Shown: positions 1 through 13,200 of the stretch, piece by piece
Position numbering within the stretch: the first letter of the stretch is position 1
Layout: each line of letters begins with the position of its first letter
NCBI RefSeq assembly: GCF_000181795.1
Contig: NW_003526943.1
Coordinates: 5,821,806 to 5,885,805, forward strand
Length of the DNA: 64,000 bases
Direction: 5' to 3'
Source: Trichinella spiralis
Taxonomy: Eukaryota
Position numbers and translations under genes: made by a program
Notes under the pieces: model-generated
Told to the model about the DNA's origin: nothing
The model's database searches: none
What the model saw: only the letters and a program-made list of their open reading frames with translations

Positions 1-100
1 TATCGTTAAGAAATTTTTTCAAATTTATCGTTTTTCAAATCAAATCAAATCGCAAACTTATCGTCAAGAAAATATAAATAATAATAATAATAATAACTAA

Positions 101-618
101 CCTTTGCCTTCAATTTCAAATTTGGCAATGCACGAGGAACACCAAAACCAACATTTTCATAAGGAAAAAAAGTCCATTTTGATGTAACTAAATATTTTCA
201 AAATAAATAAATAAAAGTTGAATATGTATTTTTAAAAGTTAATCATAAAAAAATTAGATTAGATAATTCAAAACAGATGTAAAATTAAAAATGCACCTTC
301 AGATTCATCTGGCTCTTCATTCGTCTTCTTCTTTTCAGGAACAGGGTAACTTTCGACTCCTCTCTCAATTACTTCACCTGAGACAATAGACGAAAGCCCT
401 TCACACAACTGGCGCTCCACTACAAGCTTTCTCCACCCATCATAAACATCACCGCGCGTTGCTGAGCCTTGATCGTTGGTCTCCAGTTGTTCAAACGTAT
501 CACTACACTCACTACTTGGTGTAAATGAGCGCCCGTCATCCGAGTCGGAACTGTCTTCCGAGTTCGACAGAAGACGAATTTCGCATAAATTTTTATGCGC
601 AACGTCACGTTCGCTCAT
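101..618 (-). CDS. Partial spliced gene of unknown function, continues off the left edge
   Basis: Acceptor ttttgtttcag directly before ATG at 618. Exon 618-297 (MSERDVAHK...DESE) ends at G|gtgcat. Exon 188-101 (VTSKWTFFPYENVGFGVPRALPNLKLKAK) continues in frame and ends at AAG|gttagt. No recognised domain. Confidence 0.55.
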
Positions 619-1623
619 CTGAAACAAAATTTTACAAAACAATCGCAAATTAATAAAAACAGCGCGACCACGTCAAATTCTTCTATTTTTTTCGAAAAAC
701 CAATGCTGATAATACATTATTTACAAAATTACAAAACTTTAACGGACTTATAAAACCGTATTTATAACCATTTTCAATGCAGAATAGAATTATCAAATAA
801 AGTACAAGAGATGAAGCAAAACTGTACGATTTCAATAAAACCGAAACCAAGCATTAGCAACGTACTCAAGGAGAACATTGAAAAGTATCAGCATTGTAAA
901 GGTTACATTTACAACAAATGGAAAATAAGTTACATGCGCGAGACACGAAAATAATGTAAGAACAAAGTAAAACGTCGATCACGATGGAAATCCCCGAAAA
1001 AAATACTCAGCTACAGTCATTTGTGATTTGTAGGTTAGTGTATACGTTACTGTAAATTCTTAGTGGATGTAAATATAATACACTTTTTTATGTATTTTAA
1101 GTTAATAATTATCATTTAATGATTTTTTAGCTGTCTGTCGCCTGTTTTGGCATACAATTTTGATTAATTGATAGCTAATGGTTAAAAACTGAGAATGCGG
1201 TAGAAGATTTTTTTGAAATGTTTTTGATTTATTTTTAAATGTTGGAAAAAAAATTTTTTATCAGAGATATTCCGGCAGAAATTATTTATCTTACATTTAT
1301 TAGCATGTAGAGCAGTAGTTAAAATGAAAAGCAAACTTTTCAGGAAATATAGTGAAGTGGAAAGGAGTAAAATTTCTTCAATTGCTAGCGATGCTTCATT
1401 TTTTTCCATTTTAATTCTTGCGTATATTTCGCAGGCCACAAGTTCAATTAAGTTGAAACACGTGTGAAAAAAACATCATTTATAAAAATAATTTATTGCA
1501 ATGACATAATGAATGAGAGAAAAAATAATAAATTTCAAATATTAGAGAAATATTTTACATTAGAAATTATTATGATATGAATTGGCAAATCATATCATAT
1601 TTAAAATCTGTTTCTTAATACCA

Positions 1624-2199
1624 TCATTTAATTTGTTTGGGTTTGTCGTAAATGATCAATTCATTTTCTATGTTCAGTTCTTTACTTTTTCCAACAGAGG
1701 CAAATTCCATTTCATTCTTGTCGATTTTTTCACTTTTTTTCACTTCAACTTTCCCTGAAATCAACGATTCGGCTTGGATCGCCGTCTGCGAAATCTTAGC
1801 AGCGTTCATGTCAACCTCTTGCAAAGCGGTAATTTCCATATTGTCGACTGGTGGATTCTGCACCGCTGGCGTTGGTGGAACTGTATTTAATGTTTTCATA
1901 ATGGCGCATTTCAAATTTAGCTGGGCAACTTCGACAAAACTGGGGTCGTTAGTGCTTACATTGGACGACTTTTGAATCTCATTTACGCTTTTCGAGATTT
2001 CACTTTTCTTTTCTTCACATTCCTGACTTACGTGGTTCACACTTACTCCCTTCGATATCACGGCATGTAATACTTGAACGTCAGGTACCGGGTCTTGTTT
2101 TGTTTCCCCTTTGACTTTTTTGCAAATTCCGCAAGTGAACACGAAATAACTGACAACTACTAGCATGATAATTTCCACAACAACAACCAAAAAGAGCAT
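1624..2199 (-). CDS. Single-exon 191-aa protein with N-terminal hydrophobic anchor, unknown function
   Basis: ATG-started ORF with hydrophobic N-terminus (MLFLVVVVEIIMLVVVSYFVFTC) followed by a K/E/S-rich tail. Acceptor-like ttttgtag just upstream of the ATG. Confidence 0.5.
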   Translation of the reverse strand: MLFLVVVVEIIMLVVVSYFVFTCGICKKVKGETKQDPVPDVQVLHAVISKGVSVNHVSQECEEKKSEISKSVNEIQKSSNVSTNDPSFVEVAQLNLKCAIMKTLNTVPPTPAVQNPPVDNMEITALQEVDMNAAKISQTAIQAESLISGKVEVKKSEKIDKNEMEFASVGKSKELNIENELIIYDKPKQIK

Positions 2200-2375
2200 T
2201 GTGAAATATTGTCTACAAAAGGAATGAACTGAAATCGAAAAGGTTAAGAAAAATAAAATTATACATATTACAAAAGACCAATATTATGGCATAACAAATT
2301 TGATCTAATCAAATTAATGTCATCCATATTTTAGTCGTTTTTAGAAATTATTTCAACTTACAAAAATTTGCTACT

Positions 2376-2411
2376 CACACACACACGCAGAGAGAGAGAG
2401 AGAGAGAGAGA
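2376..2411. repeat. Compound (CA)n-(AG)n microsatellite
   Basis: cacacacacac gc agagagag... read directly, between two divergent genes. Confidence 0.95.
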
Positions 2412-2595
2412 CAACAGTGCGGTAAAATGACAAACAGAATTTAAATTTCAAATTCTTTATGAGAATGAGTAAAGTTTAAACGGTGGTATTTTAAAGTGGA
2501 AAAATTTTAAACTTTATCAGTAAAAGTTTAAAGTAATTTAAGCAAAGTATAAATTGTCAACTCGGTCATATTCGGCCACTTCGAGTGCTGAACAA

Positions 2596-3018
2596 ATGGG
2601 CAACAAAGGAACGTCTGAAGAATGGACCACGGTCAGTTGTTGCAAGTATTCGATTCGGGATGTGTCTGACAGCAAGTATTTTCGCATTCACATTATGGTG
2701 CCGGACATGGATCTATCGAAGTTGACAGTGAGCTGCACGGGACAGTTGTAAATAATTTTCCTCTCGTCTATGAACTTCATATATAAAAATCTATACTTTT
2801 CAAAAAAATTCATTTCTGTGCATATTTAATTTGAAATTTATTTTAGCCTCACTGTGGAAATTAAAAGTTCTGGTAAAAGACAGTGTACGTTCCAGTGTGA
2901 ATGTGTGATACCTCCAGAAGTGGACATTAAGAATGTGATGGCCAGTTGGATGCCTGAAATGGGCGTTCTTCAGTTGGAAGCTCCCTTGGAGAAGAAGAGC
3001 CATTGCAAACACCAATGA
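2596..3018 (+). CDS. Small heat-shock / alpha-crystallin-domain-like protein, 107 aa, 2 exons
   Basis: Exons 2596-2747 and 2847-3018 join in frame (TT|C). Product contains FRIHIMVPDMDLSKLTVS...IPPEVDIKNVMASWMPEMGVLQLEAP, matching the HSP20 pattern P.vD...v.as....GVL.leaP. Confidence 0.7.
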
Positions 3019-3481
3019 GCCATCATTTGGAAAAATGATCATTTAGAAAACATTTTCATTTTCATATCTTTTGTTCAAAATTATCATTGAAAAAGAAAAT
3101 TCAAGTTGCTGCATCTATTTAGCTTATGTCTATTTTTATGTGTTTTCTACGATTTATTTTAATGAAATTTATTTTATTACGATCAGTAATTGAAATAACA
3201 ATTTATATTAAACCCAATTCAAAAGTCCGTTTTTCTTATTATAACTATTAGAATAAAGGTGTGTCCGTTCTTCGGACTTGGGTGAATTTCCACATTTTTC
3301 AATGTTGGTTAATTCATCAGTGACCATTTCACAGTCCGTAAAAAATTTCCATTGTCTCCACTGTTGTTATAGTAACTTGTAACAACAACTAAAGCAATGG
3401 AAACATTTTTATTAAAAAAACCAAAAATGAATATATCTTTTAATGATAACAAACATGAGAGTGAAAAAATTGAGCGATGAA

Positions 3482-5062
3482 TCAAGAATAAAAATGAGCT
3501 AAAATGTGATTGACAGTGACAATGAGCAGGCTGGATAAAGCCCAAAGAAAGGAAAAGACAAGCCAAGCTTTGTGGCGAAATGGACTTGCCAAATTGGATG
3601 GCATCTGGTCGACCAGGTCGGCACGACTGCTTCTCAGACGCCACACAAGCCAAGTTGGTGTCACGTATTGGATGCCGACACCAGCGTAGCTGCCGGTGGC
3701 GGCGATCAGCGCTTCGACGTCGTCAGTGACCAGCGAAATGCACAAAGGCAACAGCACCACCAAAAACGGTACCACCAGACGTCTGAATGCCCAGCTCCAT
3801 TTGCCACACCAAGTTGACCGTTCGTTTTGGTCACTGTTCACCAGGTACTGCGTGGATGAAGTGGATGCGGAACCGTTGTCCGGACCGAACAACAATGTGT
3901 TAACGTTGTTGCGCAACGTGATTCCAATTATCGGATAATTGCTGCTGATGGTGAACACGGGAAAGAGCAATAAAAAGTATTTCACCAATGTCACCAGTGT
4001 CGAACGGTCGGCGTCCAATGTAGAATCGGTGGGCAGTTGGAAAAAGTCCAACACGTACACGTCGTGCAGACGACCGAACGACAGCACGGCAGTCACGGCC
4101 ATGGTCAAGTAGAACGAGAAAACAACCATGTAGACGATGCCAACGCGGCCTTGGAGCCGATCCTTCTGCTCAATTGGTGTCAGAATGGACGGCAAGCTGT
4201 GGTGGCACATGAACGAGTATACCGTGGTGCCGAACAAACTAGTGAATTGACTTGGGCGTGCAGGCACCGGATGTCCGTCAGCCGTGCCGGCGACCAAGCG
4301 TTGCACCGCCCAGCCGATCATGATGAAAAACGACGCCCAGCGCAGAAACGACGCCACAAATTGGAAATACTTCGTCCGGCCGATGCCGAAAAACACGAAC
4401 GGTCCTAGAAGCAGGCCAAAAGCCACCACCAGCATCCGGTAAACCGCGCCGCGGCTGAATTCCACATCCCCTCCGCTCCGACACGCCCAACTGGAGGACA
4501 CGTTGATCAGCGACTCATTGTCCGGATACGAACACACGGCATTCATCAACGCCTTCGGCACCACGACGCCATAGATGATCAAATCACCAAACAAATACAC
4601 GCCCATGCATACGTAAAAGAACAACCAACCACCACGACCAAGCACCAAACAAGCCATCCGGCCCAACTCCATGTTTTCCTTCAAGTCGAACTTTGCCTCC
4701 ATACCCAAATCCGACGAATCGTCAAGCGATTCTTGATGTCTCACCCGCTGCTGCTCATTGTGACCGCTGGCTATCGCTTCTGTTGTTGCTGTTGATGATG
4801 ATGATGATGGTGCTAGTGGTGGTTTCTCGTCTTGCGGCTTTTTCTCTTCGGACAAACAAGCTGAAGCAACCGACATCGCCTCGATCACAAAAGTCACGTT
4901 CATGTAACTGACGAATGCCAGTACAAGCATCGTGAACAAGCCGAGCGCATAGCCGGCATCTTGAAAAGAACGCGGCAAAGCCAACGCACCCGTGCCAACC
5001 AACAAGTTGCCCAAATAGACCATGCCAGTCAGAGCAGAATAATGAGCTACACTGGCTGCCAT
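3482..5062 (-). CDS. TMEM104: TMEM104-like amino-acid transporter family protein, intronless
   Basis: Uninterrupted multi-TM ORF with YSALTGMVYLGNLLVGTGALALP, YLFGDLIIYGVVVPKAL, YSFMCHHSLPS, FPVFTISSNYPIIGITLRNN and TGSYAGVGIQY motifs. First ATG at 5062. Confidence 0.9.
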   Translation of the reverse strand: MAASVAHYSALTGMVYLGNLLVGTGALALPRSFQDAGYALGLFTMLVLAFVSYMNVTFVIEAMSVASACLSEEKKPQDEKPPLAPSSSSSTATTEAIASGHNEQQRVRHQESLDDSSDLGMEAKFDLKENMELGRMACLVLGRGGWLFFYVCMGVYLFGDLIIYGVVVPKALMNAVCSYPDNESLINVSSSWACRSGGDVEFSRGAVYRMLVVAFGLLLGPFVFFGIGRTKYFQFVASFLRWASFFIMIGWAVQRLVAGTADGHPVPARPSQFTSLFGTTVYSFMCHHSLPSILTPIEQKDRLQGRVGIVYMVVFSFYLTMAVTAVLSFGRLHDVYVLDFFQLPTDSTLDADRSTLVTLVKYFLLLFPVFTISSNYPIIGITLRNNVNTLLFGPDNGSASTSSTQYLVNSDQNERSTWCGKWSWAFRRLVVPFLVVLLPLCISLVTDDVEALIAATGSYAGVGIQYVTPTWLVWRLRSSRADLVDQMPSNLASPFRHKAWLVFSFLWALSSLLIVTVNHILAHFYS

Positions 5063-7631
5063 CGTCAATTCAAACTATTAATTATCGATCAATTAATCAT
5101 TAACAATTCGAACAATAATAAATAACACGACTGTCTTGTTGTTCGTAAAGCGAAAATCTTTCTGTATAATGAAATTCAAAAAAATAAGAAATCACAACTA
5201 TTTTGTCAATTTTATTCTTCAAAAACTATTTTCATCTACCCATAATTCGCTTCAATTTAAAAAAATAATTTTTTTAATTAAACATGCCATACTGTATGTA
5301 AAAAACGCAGGCGCAAACACAATTACAGTATTCCAGGGGAATAAGTGGGATATGACTTTATCATTTACGCTTTGTATACAAAATGTTATTAACCACTGCG
5401 TAAATTTATAATAAACTAATAATCTAGACAACGTCTGCAAATCAAAAATGATTTTTCATTATCCCCTTTATCTTCCAGTGGCACTTTGATACTGAAATGT
5501 AACCGTAATTTTAGAAAAAAAAATTTAATTTATAAGCTTTAAATTATTAAGATAAATTATAAATCAACTGCGGAAATTAGTTTCGGCATTTCAAAATATA
5601 GAACCAATAAAATAACACTAGTACGTTTTAAGAAATCGAAAAGAATTTATTTATCCATGTTACAAAATACATATATTCAATTTCATGATAAATACAATAT
5701 GAAGATGGATGGATGCACAGAAATTTACTTGCCATTACTTTTACAAATCATATGAACAGTATTCATGCACGTTTTTTTGCTACGATAGAGCTTACCAATT
5801 TAAAGGAAGAAACTTAAATAACTCTCTTGTGTTGTTTTTTTGGATATATAAATATAGATAACTAAAAAGAAACATTAGCCTAATTTACAACAGTTTATTA
5901 TGATAATTATTTTCAAAGCTCAACTGACGATAAGAACAGCTCATAAACAATGATTAACGAATAAAATAAACAGACAGACCCGCTGACGTCACCTTTGAAA
6001 CATCCAAAAAATTAACTGAAACTTTTAACGGAAGCTGGAATGTGTCAAAATACAATAAATCTCGTGAATTTTGTTTCCCAAATGTTTGTTCTCATACAGA
6101 TCATTCCTGCATCACAAGTGACTGGAAGATGTATTCACTTATCGCCTACATTCAAGTCAACAGTAATTTTTTGAACCACTCAATATTTTTATAAACGTTA
6201 ATTATCATTTATTTATAAAAATACTATGAATGAAGAAATTTGAAGCATACTGCTTAACTCACATGCACAACAATAAAATCCAGAAACTATCATGTAAAAT
6301 AGTTTATAAAGAGAAATAATTAAATAAAAAGCAACAAGATGCGCGTATATAAAATTTTAAAATAAAAAATACCAAAAATATCAGAAAATACAATTTTTCA
6401 GCAGATATTACATAAAGCACTACCCATGTAAATATTCAGAAGTTCACATGTGCGTTCACACATCAAACAACTTCCGAAGAATTCTTCAGTCTTCAGTAAA
6501 ACTTAGTATAACAATTGAAGCGAATCACTGTAATACTAAAAGCTTATCAATTTCATCAAGATGATCCTGTTTAACTGAAAAAAATAAGGATGCGCATTAA
6601 TCAAAATCAAATTAAAATAATGACATTGTCTAAGTACTAAGCAAAACTACGCTGACAGAAATGTACATTTGCTTTCCAGCTGTAAGTTAGTCAATTAATG
6701 CAGTCGTGAAGCAATACACTGATATTAAGCTATACATGAAACTATATAATCGCTCTCATCTGACAAATATTACTTTTCAATCTTTGAGAACACTGTATAA
6801 TAAATTTACTGATATGTGACAATCAGTTTATCGGTTTTCCTGTTTTTCGTTATGCACCGTCAATTAAGAAGAAAACAGGAAAAAATAAAACGCTTCAACA
6901 ATAAAGTAAATTTACCAATGATGTTACAATCATGATACATTAAGATAAATTTCAATCAGCATAACAACTTTCAGAGCAAGCAGCTGAGCTTTTATTTTAT
7001 TCAGTGACAGTATGAATGACTGTAAATTCATAATAAGACTAACAAACTTGCTAAAAAAAATATGTATGAAATGCCAAAGAGCGATTTTATATAGAACATC
7101 AGATATGATAAACAAGCAAGTTTGTCAAAAAAAACTAATTAAAATAACATTTCATTCAAATTGTGCTATTATATAATGAAGAATGAGATATTTTTCAGAC
7201 ATTAAACATTTACACATTATCACTGAGAGCTATTTTCATTTTTCTTTTAAATAACAATATGGCAAAAAGAAAAAACTGTCTTGAACAAAAACTTCAAGGA
7301 CAGAAACCATCATACTGTGACGATGGAATAAAACCTACGGGTTATATAGTTACTTTATTAGTATAAGTACTATTATTATTTTTATGTTGTTTTTTATAGT
7401 AATTTCTTTGTTATTTATTTGATAACTACAATTTGGATTTTTCAAATAATTTGTAGTTCTAAAATAAATGAGGCAAAATGTAGTTTTTGAAGCTATATAC
7501 AGTATCTTATCTGCTGGTTTGTTGCAGTTTATATGCATATTATTTTTATTAATTTTATCAGGTTCACAAAATCCTATCTTTCGTTACATTTTTCTGGCTG
7601 ATTTTATGCTATTCATAGAAAAGAAATTCTT

Positions 7632-7703
7632 AGGTTCCACCGAGATTCGAACTCGGATTGCTGGATTCAAAGTCCAGAGTGCTAGCCGTTACACCATGGA
7701 ACC
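7632..7703 (-). tRNA. tRNA-Gln (anticodon TTG)
   Basis: Reverse complement GGTTCCATGGTGTAACGGCTAGCACTCTGGACTTTGAATCCAGCAATCCGAGTTCGAATCTCGGTGGAACCT folds as a 72-nt cloverleaf. TTTCTTTT terminator-like tract just downstream. Confidence 0.95.
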
Positions 7704-8417
7704 ACGATTCCTATTTTTTAATTTATATATATAAAGTAAATAACATTTATATTAATTTTCTTTTTTACTTTTTATTTGTGCTTACATTTGTCGCATATTG
7801 CAGAATTGATGAAAATGCTATTAATAAAATAAAAAAGACGCAGCATTAGCAATGAAAGCAACAATAACTGAAAACTTTCCACAAAAGTAACATCATTTAA
7901 AAATGAGAAAAACTAAAAGAAGGCAATAATTATTACAAAAAAACTATATTTGTAATGTCTGCTGCATTTTTTAAATTAAATTGACTACTGGTTACTCTTG
8001 TTACAACATTGTTATTAATAGGCTTGTGATTTTTCATGGAAACCAGTAATTTTTGCATTTGTTGAAAAGCTGGTTAATTTTTTACACATAGCTATTTGTA
8101 TTGATGACAATGACAAGTGATATGCAAATTAATGTAACGTTCCGATTCAAATGATTGTTTTACAGCGCTTTATAGTGTTATATTTTGCTGAGAGACCAAG
8201 TTTCAGTTTCTTGTTTACTGAATTTGTTATTGAAATTTTGATTCCTTAATTCAAATTATCAAAAAAGAATCATTTTATCATTATATCAAAAGCATAAAAT
8301 TGTTATACGCATTAATAGTTTCTCGTCATTCTTGTTTATAATTCATTGGTTCACATAATGTAAAAATTTGTTGAGATCACAGTACAAGAAGAAAGCTTTA
8401 TATGTTTTCTTTTACAT

Positions 8418-8489
8418 AGGTTCCACCGAGATTCGAACTCGGATTGCTGGATTCAAAGTCCAGAGTGCTAGCCGTTACACCATGGAACC
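8418..8489 (-). tRNA. tRNA-Gln (anticodon TTG), identical second copy
   Basis: Same 72-nt sequence as 7632-7703. Confidence 0.95.
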
Positions 8490-10297
8490 GTCAGTCTCTG
8501 TTGCCTAATGTTACATTAAGAAGAGATTAGAAAATATTGAAATACTGCAATGTAATAATTTTTTATATTATTTTTCTATTAGTAAAAATTTCATTATAGC
8601 TTCCCCACTGTCGAAAATTAGAAAACAGCTTTAGAATTCCATTATTTTTAAAATTTTAATGGCTAAAATTAAAATGGGCAAAGTTGAAACCATTTCTGGT
8701 TATTGTATTAGATCTCAGTGAGTCATCAACATCTGTACTGGTTAAGTAGATAATAATGAAAAATCTAGAATGTTAGATTTGTAAGGTCCTATTAACTACT
8801 GTAATCTATGAAAATAAGCTGAAAAATAGATCAACATAAAATCCCAATTAAAATGCGTAAATTCTGGGTATACGCTGCTGTATGCTGTATACTTTACACA
8901 ATAAAGTAGAAAATAAAAAAAAAACAAAAATATTTTTTGCAAATTTCATTTGTATTCTCTTCAATACATGTGAAAAGCTATTATTATTGAAATATTAAAG
9001 ATTTATTTCATATTACAGATATATATTTGATGGTATTAACTGAAAACATGCTGAAAATGCACTGGTATACACTCATCAGCAGTTTCCCGCTGAATCATTT
9101 AAAAGTATTTTTTGTTCCTCTTGAAATTTAACAGTGAGCATTAATTTAAAGCACACTAAAACAAAATCGTATGATCAATTTTATCATGCAATGCGCATTT
9201 ATTTAAGCCAAAGCTTTTGAATTATTGCAGAATATTATTAAACAATATAAATATAAATATATATATATCTGTTTTTAAGATTAAATGCAATGTTTAGTAA
9301 TAAATCAATTTATCGTAAAATAAATGAATAAATATTATTGTTTCGTCATATTCTGTCGCACATTTATGTTTTATTCAAAATTTAAAAGAAAAAATTTTCC
9401 AACAACCTGCTTTTCACTTTCTATTTGAGCGTGAAATAGAATAAATTGCTTTTTCTTCAAAAATATGCTTTTTGCATGCTTTAATTTGATTTTAATTTGT
9501 TTGTTGAAATAATAAAAGTTTAAATAAAATTTACCAATATATTGATTGGAGTATTTTGTTTACAAGTATTATCGTTTTGTCAACGCTTTGCCGCTGATTC
9601 ACGATGTTGTAGTCAGGATAAGGCAGCAACGATTTGTTTACACGTTGGCAACGTTCGCACCAGCCGACTGTCGTCACGATGGAAGAAAAGCAGTTTGGCG
9701 TGAATCAATTGTGAACGCTCAGAAGCATGCTATATTCTATTCGATCAACTGCTTTGAAACGAAGCTTCAATCGACATTGCGCTGTCACTTCAAGCGCAGC
9801 TCACCTTTATCTCAATATTCGATCAATCGCACCTGTTTAGACTGGCTTTTATTTAAATTAGCGAAGGTTTTACATTTGTTGGTCCCTGATCTGACGTTCC
9901 ACTGCCTGGCATCTTTGCTTTCCCACGCAATTCCCTTGTGATTTGGCATCTCGTCGTCTTCTGCTCCCGTTTCCGGTTTGTAGCCTGTTTGCTAACTTAA
10001 AATTATACTGTAGCCTGATCAGGACATGTTGACAGGAACCGGTTGCCAGAGACCGAAGCGTCACAATTGCACAAACAGCTTTGGCCGGCAAGCGGCCGGT
10101 CATAATTTAGCTCCCACCCAGCAACAAGGACACTTTTCTTGTTGAACCAATGTGAATTCCATTTTCGACTTCTCTTTGGGTCTTTTTTAAATCCCGTTGT
10201 TGTTGTGTTGTTTCATTAAATTATTATTATTATAAAAGCGGCAATGTTCTGACAAAGCTTTTTCAAATATTCATACACCTGATTGCACACTGTCAAC

Positions 10298-13200
10298 ATG
10301 GTCGGCATGAATCCTTGTTATTGTTGGAATCTTAAAGACGGTTGCATCACTGTTGGCATTTGGACATTGGTAAGTCAGTCAGTGAACTTTCATGTTTACT
10401 ATTTTGCACAAAATTGTTTACTTGTAAACAAGAGATTTCATTTTTCCAACATGATTCACATGTCATAATTTATCCCAATCTTTGTATATACATTGTTGAA
10501 CATTTTCATAAACAAATTTCATTGTTTGGCTTATTTTTTTATGCTAACTTAACTGAATTTTACCAAGTGTGTGATAAATTGAGCAAACAATAATAGTGAC
10601 GAAGCGTTAAGCCGAAATGAAGAAACAACAAAAACATGCAATTGCTTGATTATACTTCCGCATCTAGTTGGAAAATAATGAAGGGGTAGGGTTGGAGCAG
10701 AGGACAATTTATCTCAACTCAATACGAGTTGTTTGTTAAGGTAGATTTGTTTACAAGAACATGGTTACTTAGCAAGTTCAATTTACCGTGACAGAAGAAG
10801 AAAAACATGCTTCAAATGAGCAAATTTTTTTTCTAATAAACGCATGTCATCGTTATGCAAACACCAACAGCATTGCTTGATTTGTAATTTTATATTTTAC
10901 ATTTTTGACTTTTTGCATTATTCTTCAATTGTGCTGCCACTTGTTTAAATAAAATTATCCATTTGTCTTGTCAAAATTTAAGCTGATATTTCTTTTTAAA
11001 TTAATCCCCTTCTAGCTTTCAATTGAAAATTTTCACCTGAAACATGGAATCTGTTGTACAATAGAATTATAATTTCAGTATGATTATAATTTCACGCTGT
11101 TCAGAGTTTGTGGTTTAAATTCAAATTAGCGATGCATTGTTCATAGGACAATAATTTACCTCTCGCAGCATCATTAGGTAACTAATCTCTGCGTAATTAG
11201 CTGAAATTCTTTACCTGTTTTCAAATCATAATTTGAGTCAACTTTGAAATGAACGAATTTATATATCAAATATTTAAAAATACTTCTCTTTGCAACGGAT
11301 TTATTATTAATTACAAACAATTTAATTTAAAAGAATACCAAAAATTTGTTTTTTTCACTGTATGTTACGAATCACATTCCCTTATTTTTCTATTTTGTTC
11401 ATACAGTCATCAAAGTGTAGATGAAATCTGATAAAAAATGACAAAATTTGAAATGTTTGCTCAATTACAAACAAGACGAACGCTTGTAGTGGTCAAAAAT
11501 TCTGCGCTGGTGGACGAAGCGAGAATTTCTGATTTTTTTTTCCACCTCTCAATTTTATTGCAAAATTAAGCATGCATCATCAATGTGAGGGCTGTATGCT
11601 TGTGATAGTTTCACGCTGTGCTCTATTTGCTTTAAAATGTTGTGCTTGTTTTCAAAGCCAGCAGCTTGTGGACAGTCGTCAAAATTGATGACTCATACTG
11701 AGGCAAAGTTGGACAGGTTCTGCTTGATGCTGTTTGCAAAGGTAGACTATTGGACAATACAAACAGGATGCTTATTGCGAGTTTGCTTTATCGATTTTAT
11801 TGATGAAGCGGGTATCAAATTTTTCATTTCATCCCATATCTCCAATAATTTCTTTCTACTAGGTGGAAAATTTGATTTTAATGTAGCATCACTGTTAATT
11901 TAAATATGTCTTTTCATTAACACTCGTTGAAACTGAGCAAATGCAATCATATTTCATTATTTATATTCTACTGTAAATTTATAAAACTATGTGAAAGTGT
12001 TAAAGGCCTCTCATTTGTTGGAATAACGTTGACATCAAACAGAGACTAGTCAGTTAATTGTGCCGCATTTCGTGTAATGTCAAAAGGAGAATTATGGAGC
12101 TTGAAATGACAACGCGTTACCATAGCGACGATGCTTGAGAGAAGCTTAAAGTATACGCCACGATCTCAGCATTGTTGGTGCTTAATCATTCCCATTGCCA
12201 GGCCGAGGTCGTTTAGGTATTTTAAAAAGTTGGCCATGCAGTGGCTTGCCAGTGGAGGAGCCTTGTCCTTATTTTTATTTTGTATTTTCAAAAGTGGTAC
12301 AATGCACAGCTTGGAACGACGCGCGAAAAACCTTGTCCCAAATACCATCCGGAACATGTCCAATTTGCTTTGCATCAGTCAGAAAACAATAAAGTGATGG
12401 GGAATTAATTTTGAAAAATTGCTCATACACTTGAAATCAAAAATCATATCGACTCACTTGTCAGAAGTGTTTCCCTACTTTAAAGGCATTCAAATCAGAA
12501 CAACAATAGACAGACAAACAAACATTTTTTACCAAAAAAAATATAAGTAATAAACTAATGCTGAATAACGCTATTATTATTATTGTTATATTCGATATTA
12601 CTGCAGATTTTCAATAGATGCAATTCACTCTTGCATTTAATTTAAATTAAATTTCATTTCATTTAAACAGCAGATGCTGATTGAGAGAAGCATGAAAATT
12701 GTTTAATATGCATTGTTCCCTTCACTGCAATAATCAGATATATGATCATATTTATTCAGAAGTAAATTTCTATTTATTAATAAATATATTGAGTTGTAAT
12801 ATATAATTAATATTTACTGCACTAAAAGCTGAGGTTTTTAATTTTTAATGTAAAAATTATTTTTATTTTTATTACCGTAGTTTAAAAGGTGGCTTCAAAA
12901 TAATATTATGGTTAAACATTTATAAAAGAATGTATGTACTGTTTTTACATCGAAACTAATTTTAAAACTTTTATCAAAAATAAATAATAAAACTGCCTAC
13001 ACATTGATTCATTGCATATTATATCTCAGATTTAAGCTTATTAACATTACAATCTGGTTGCATGCGGATATTCTCAAGTGAAAATTAAGATGCAGTGTTA
13101 AACACAGAAACTTAAAAATAAGTAAAAAATTTTAGTTATCCAAATGTAGTTTATCACATACTGCCTATTGATGTATGATCAATTTTGATCAAAATTCCGC

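Noticed and set aside
3309..4911. Overlapping and antisense ORFs in TMEM104 (similarly in pasha, MED15 polyQ and MDN1)
   Set aside because: Shadow ORFs expected from GC-rich or repetitive coding sequence.
5975..6580. Exon-like segments with splice-site-like ends
   Set aside because: Frames contain stops or cannot be joined into a gene, and no protein motif is recognisable.
11637..12400. Short ORFs in intron 1 of the four-TM gene, checked as a fourth alternative exon or nested gene
   Set aside because: No Q...F.WQ signature, no compatible phase 0 to 1 splice pair and no coherent product.
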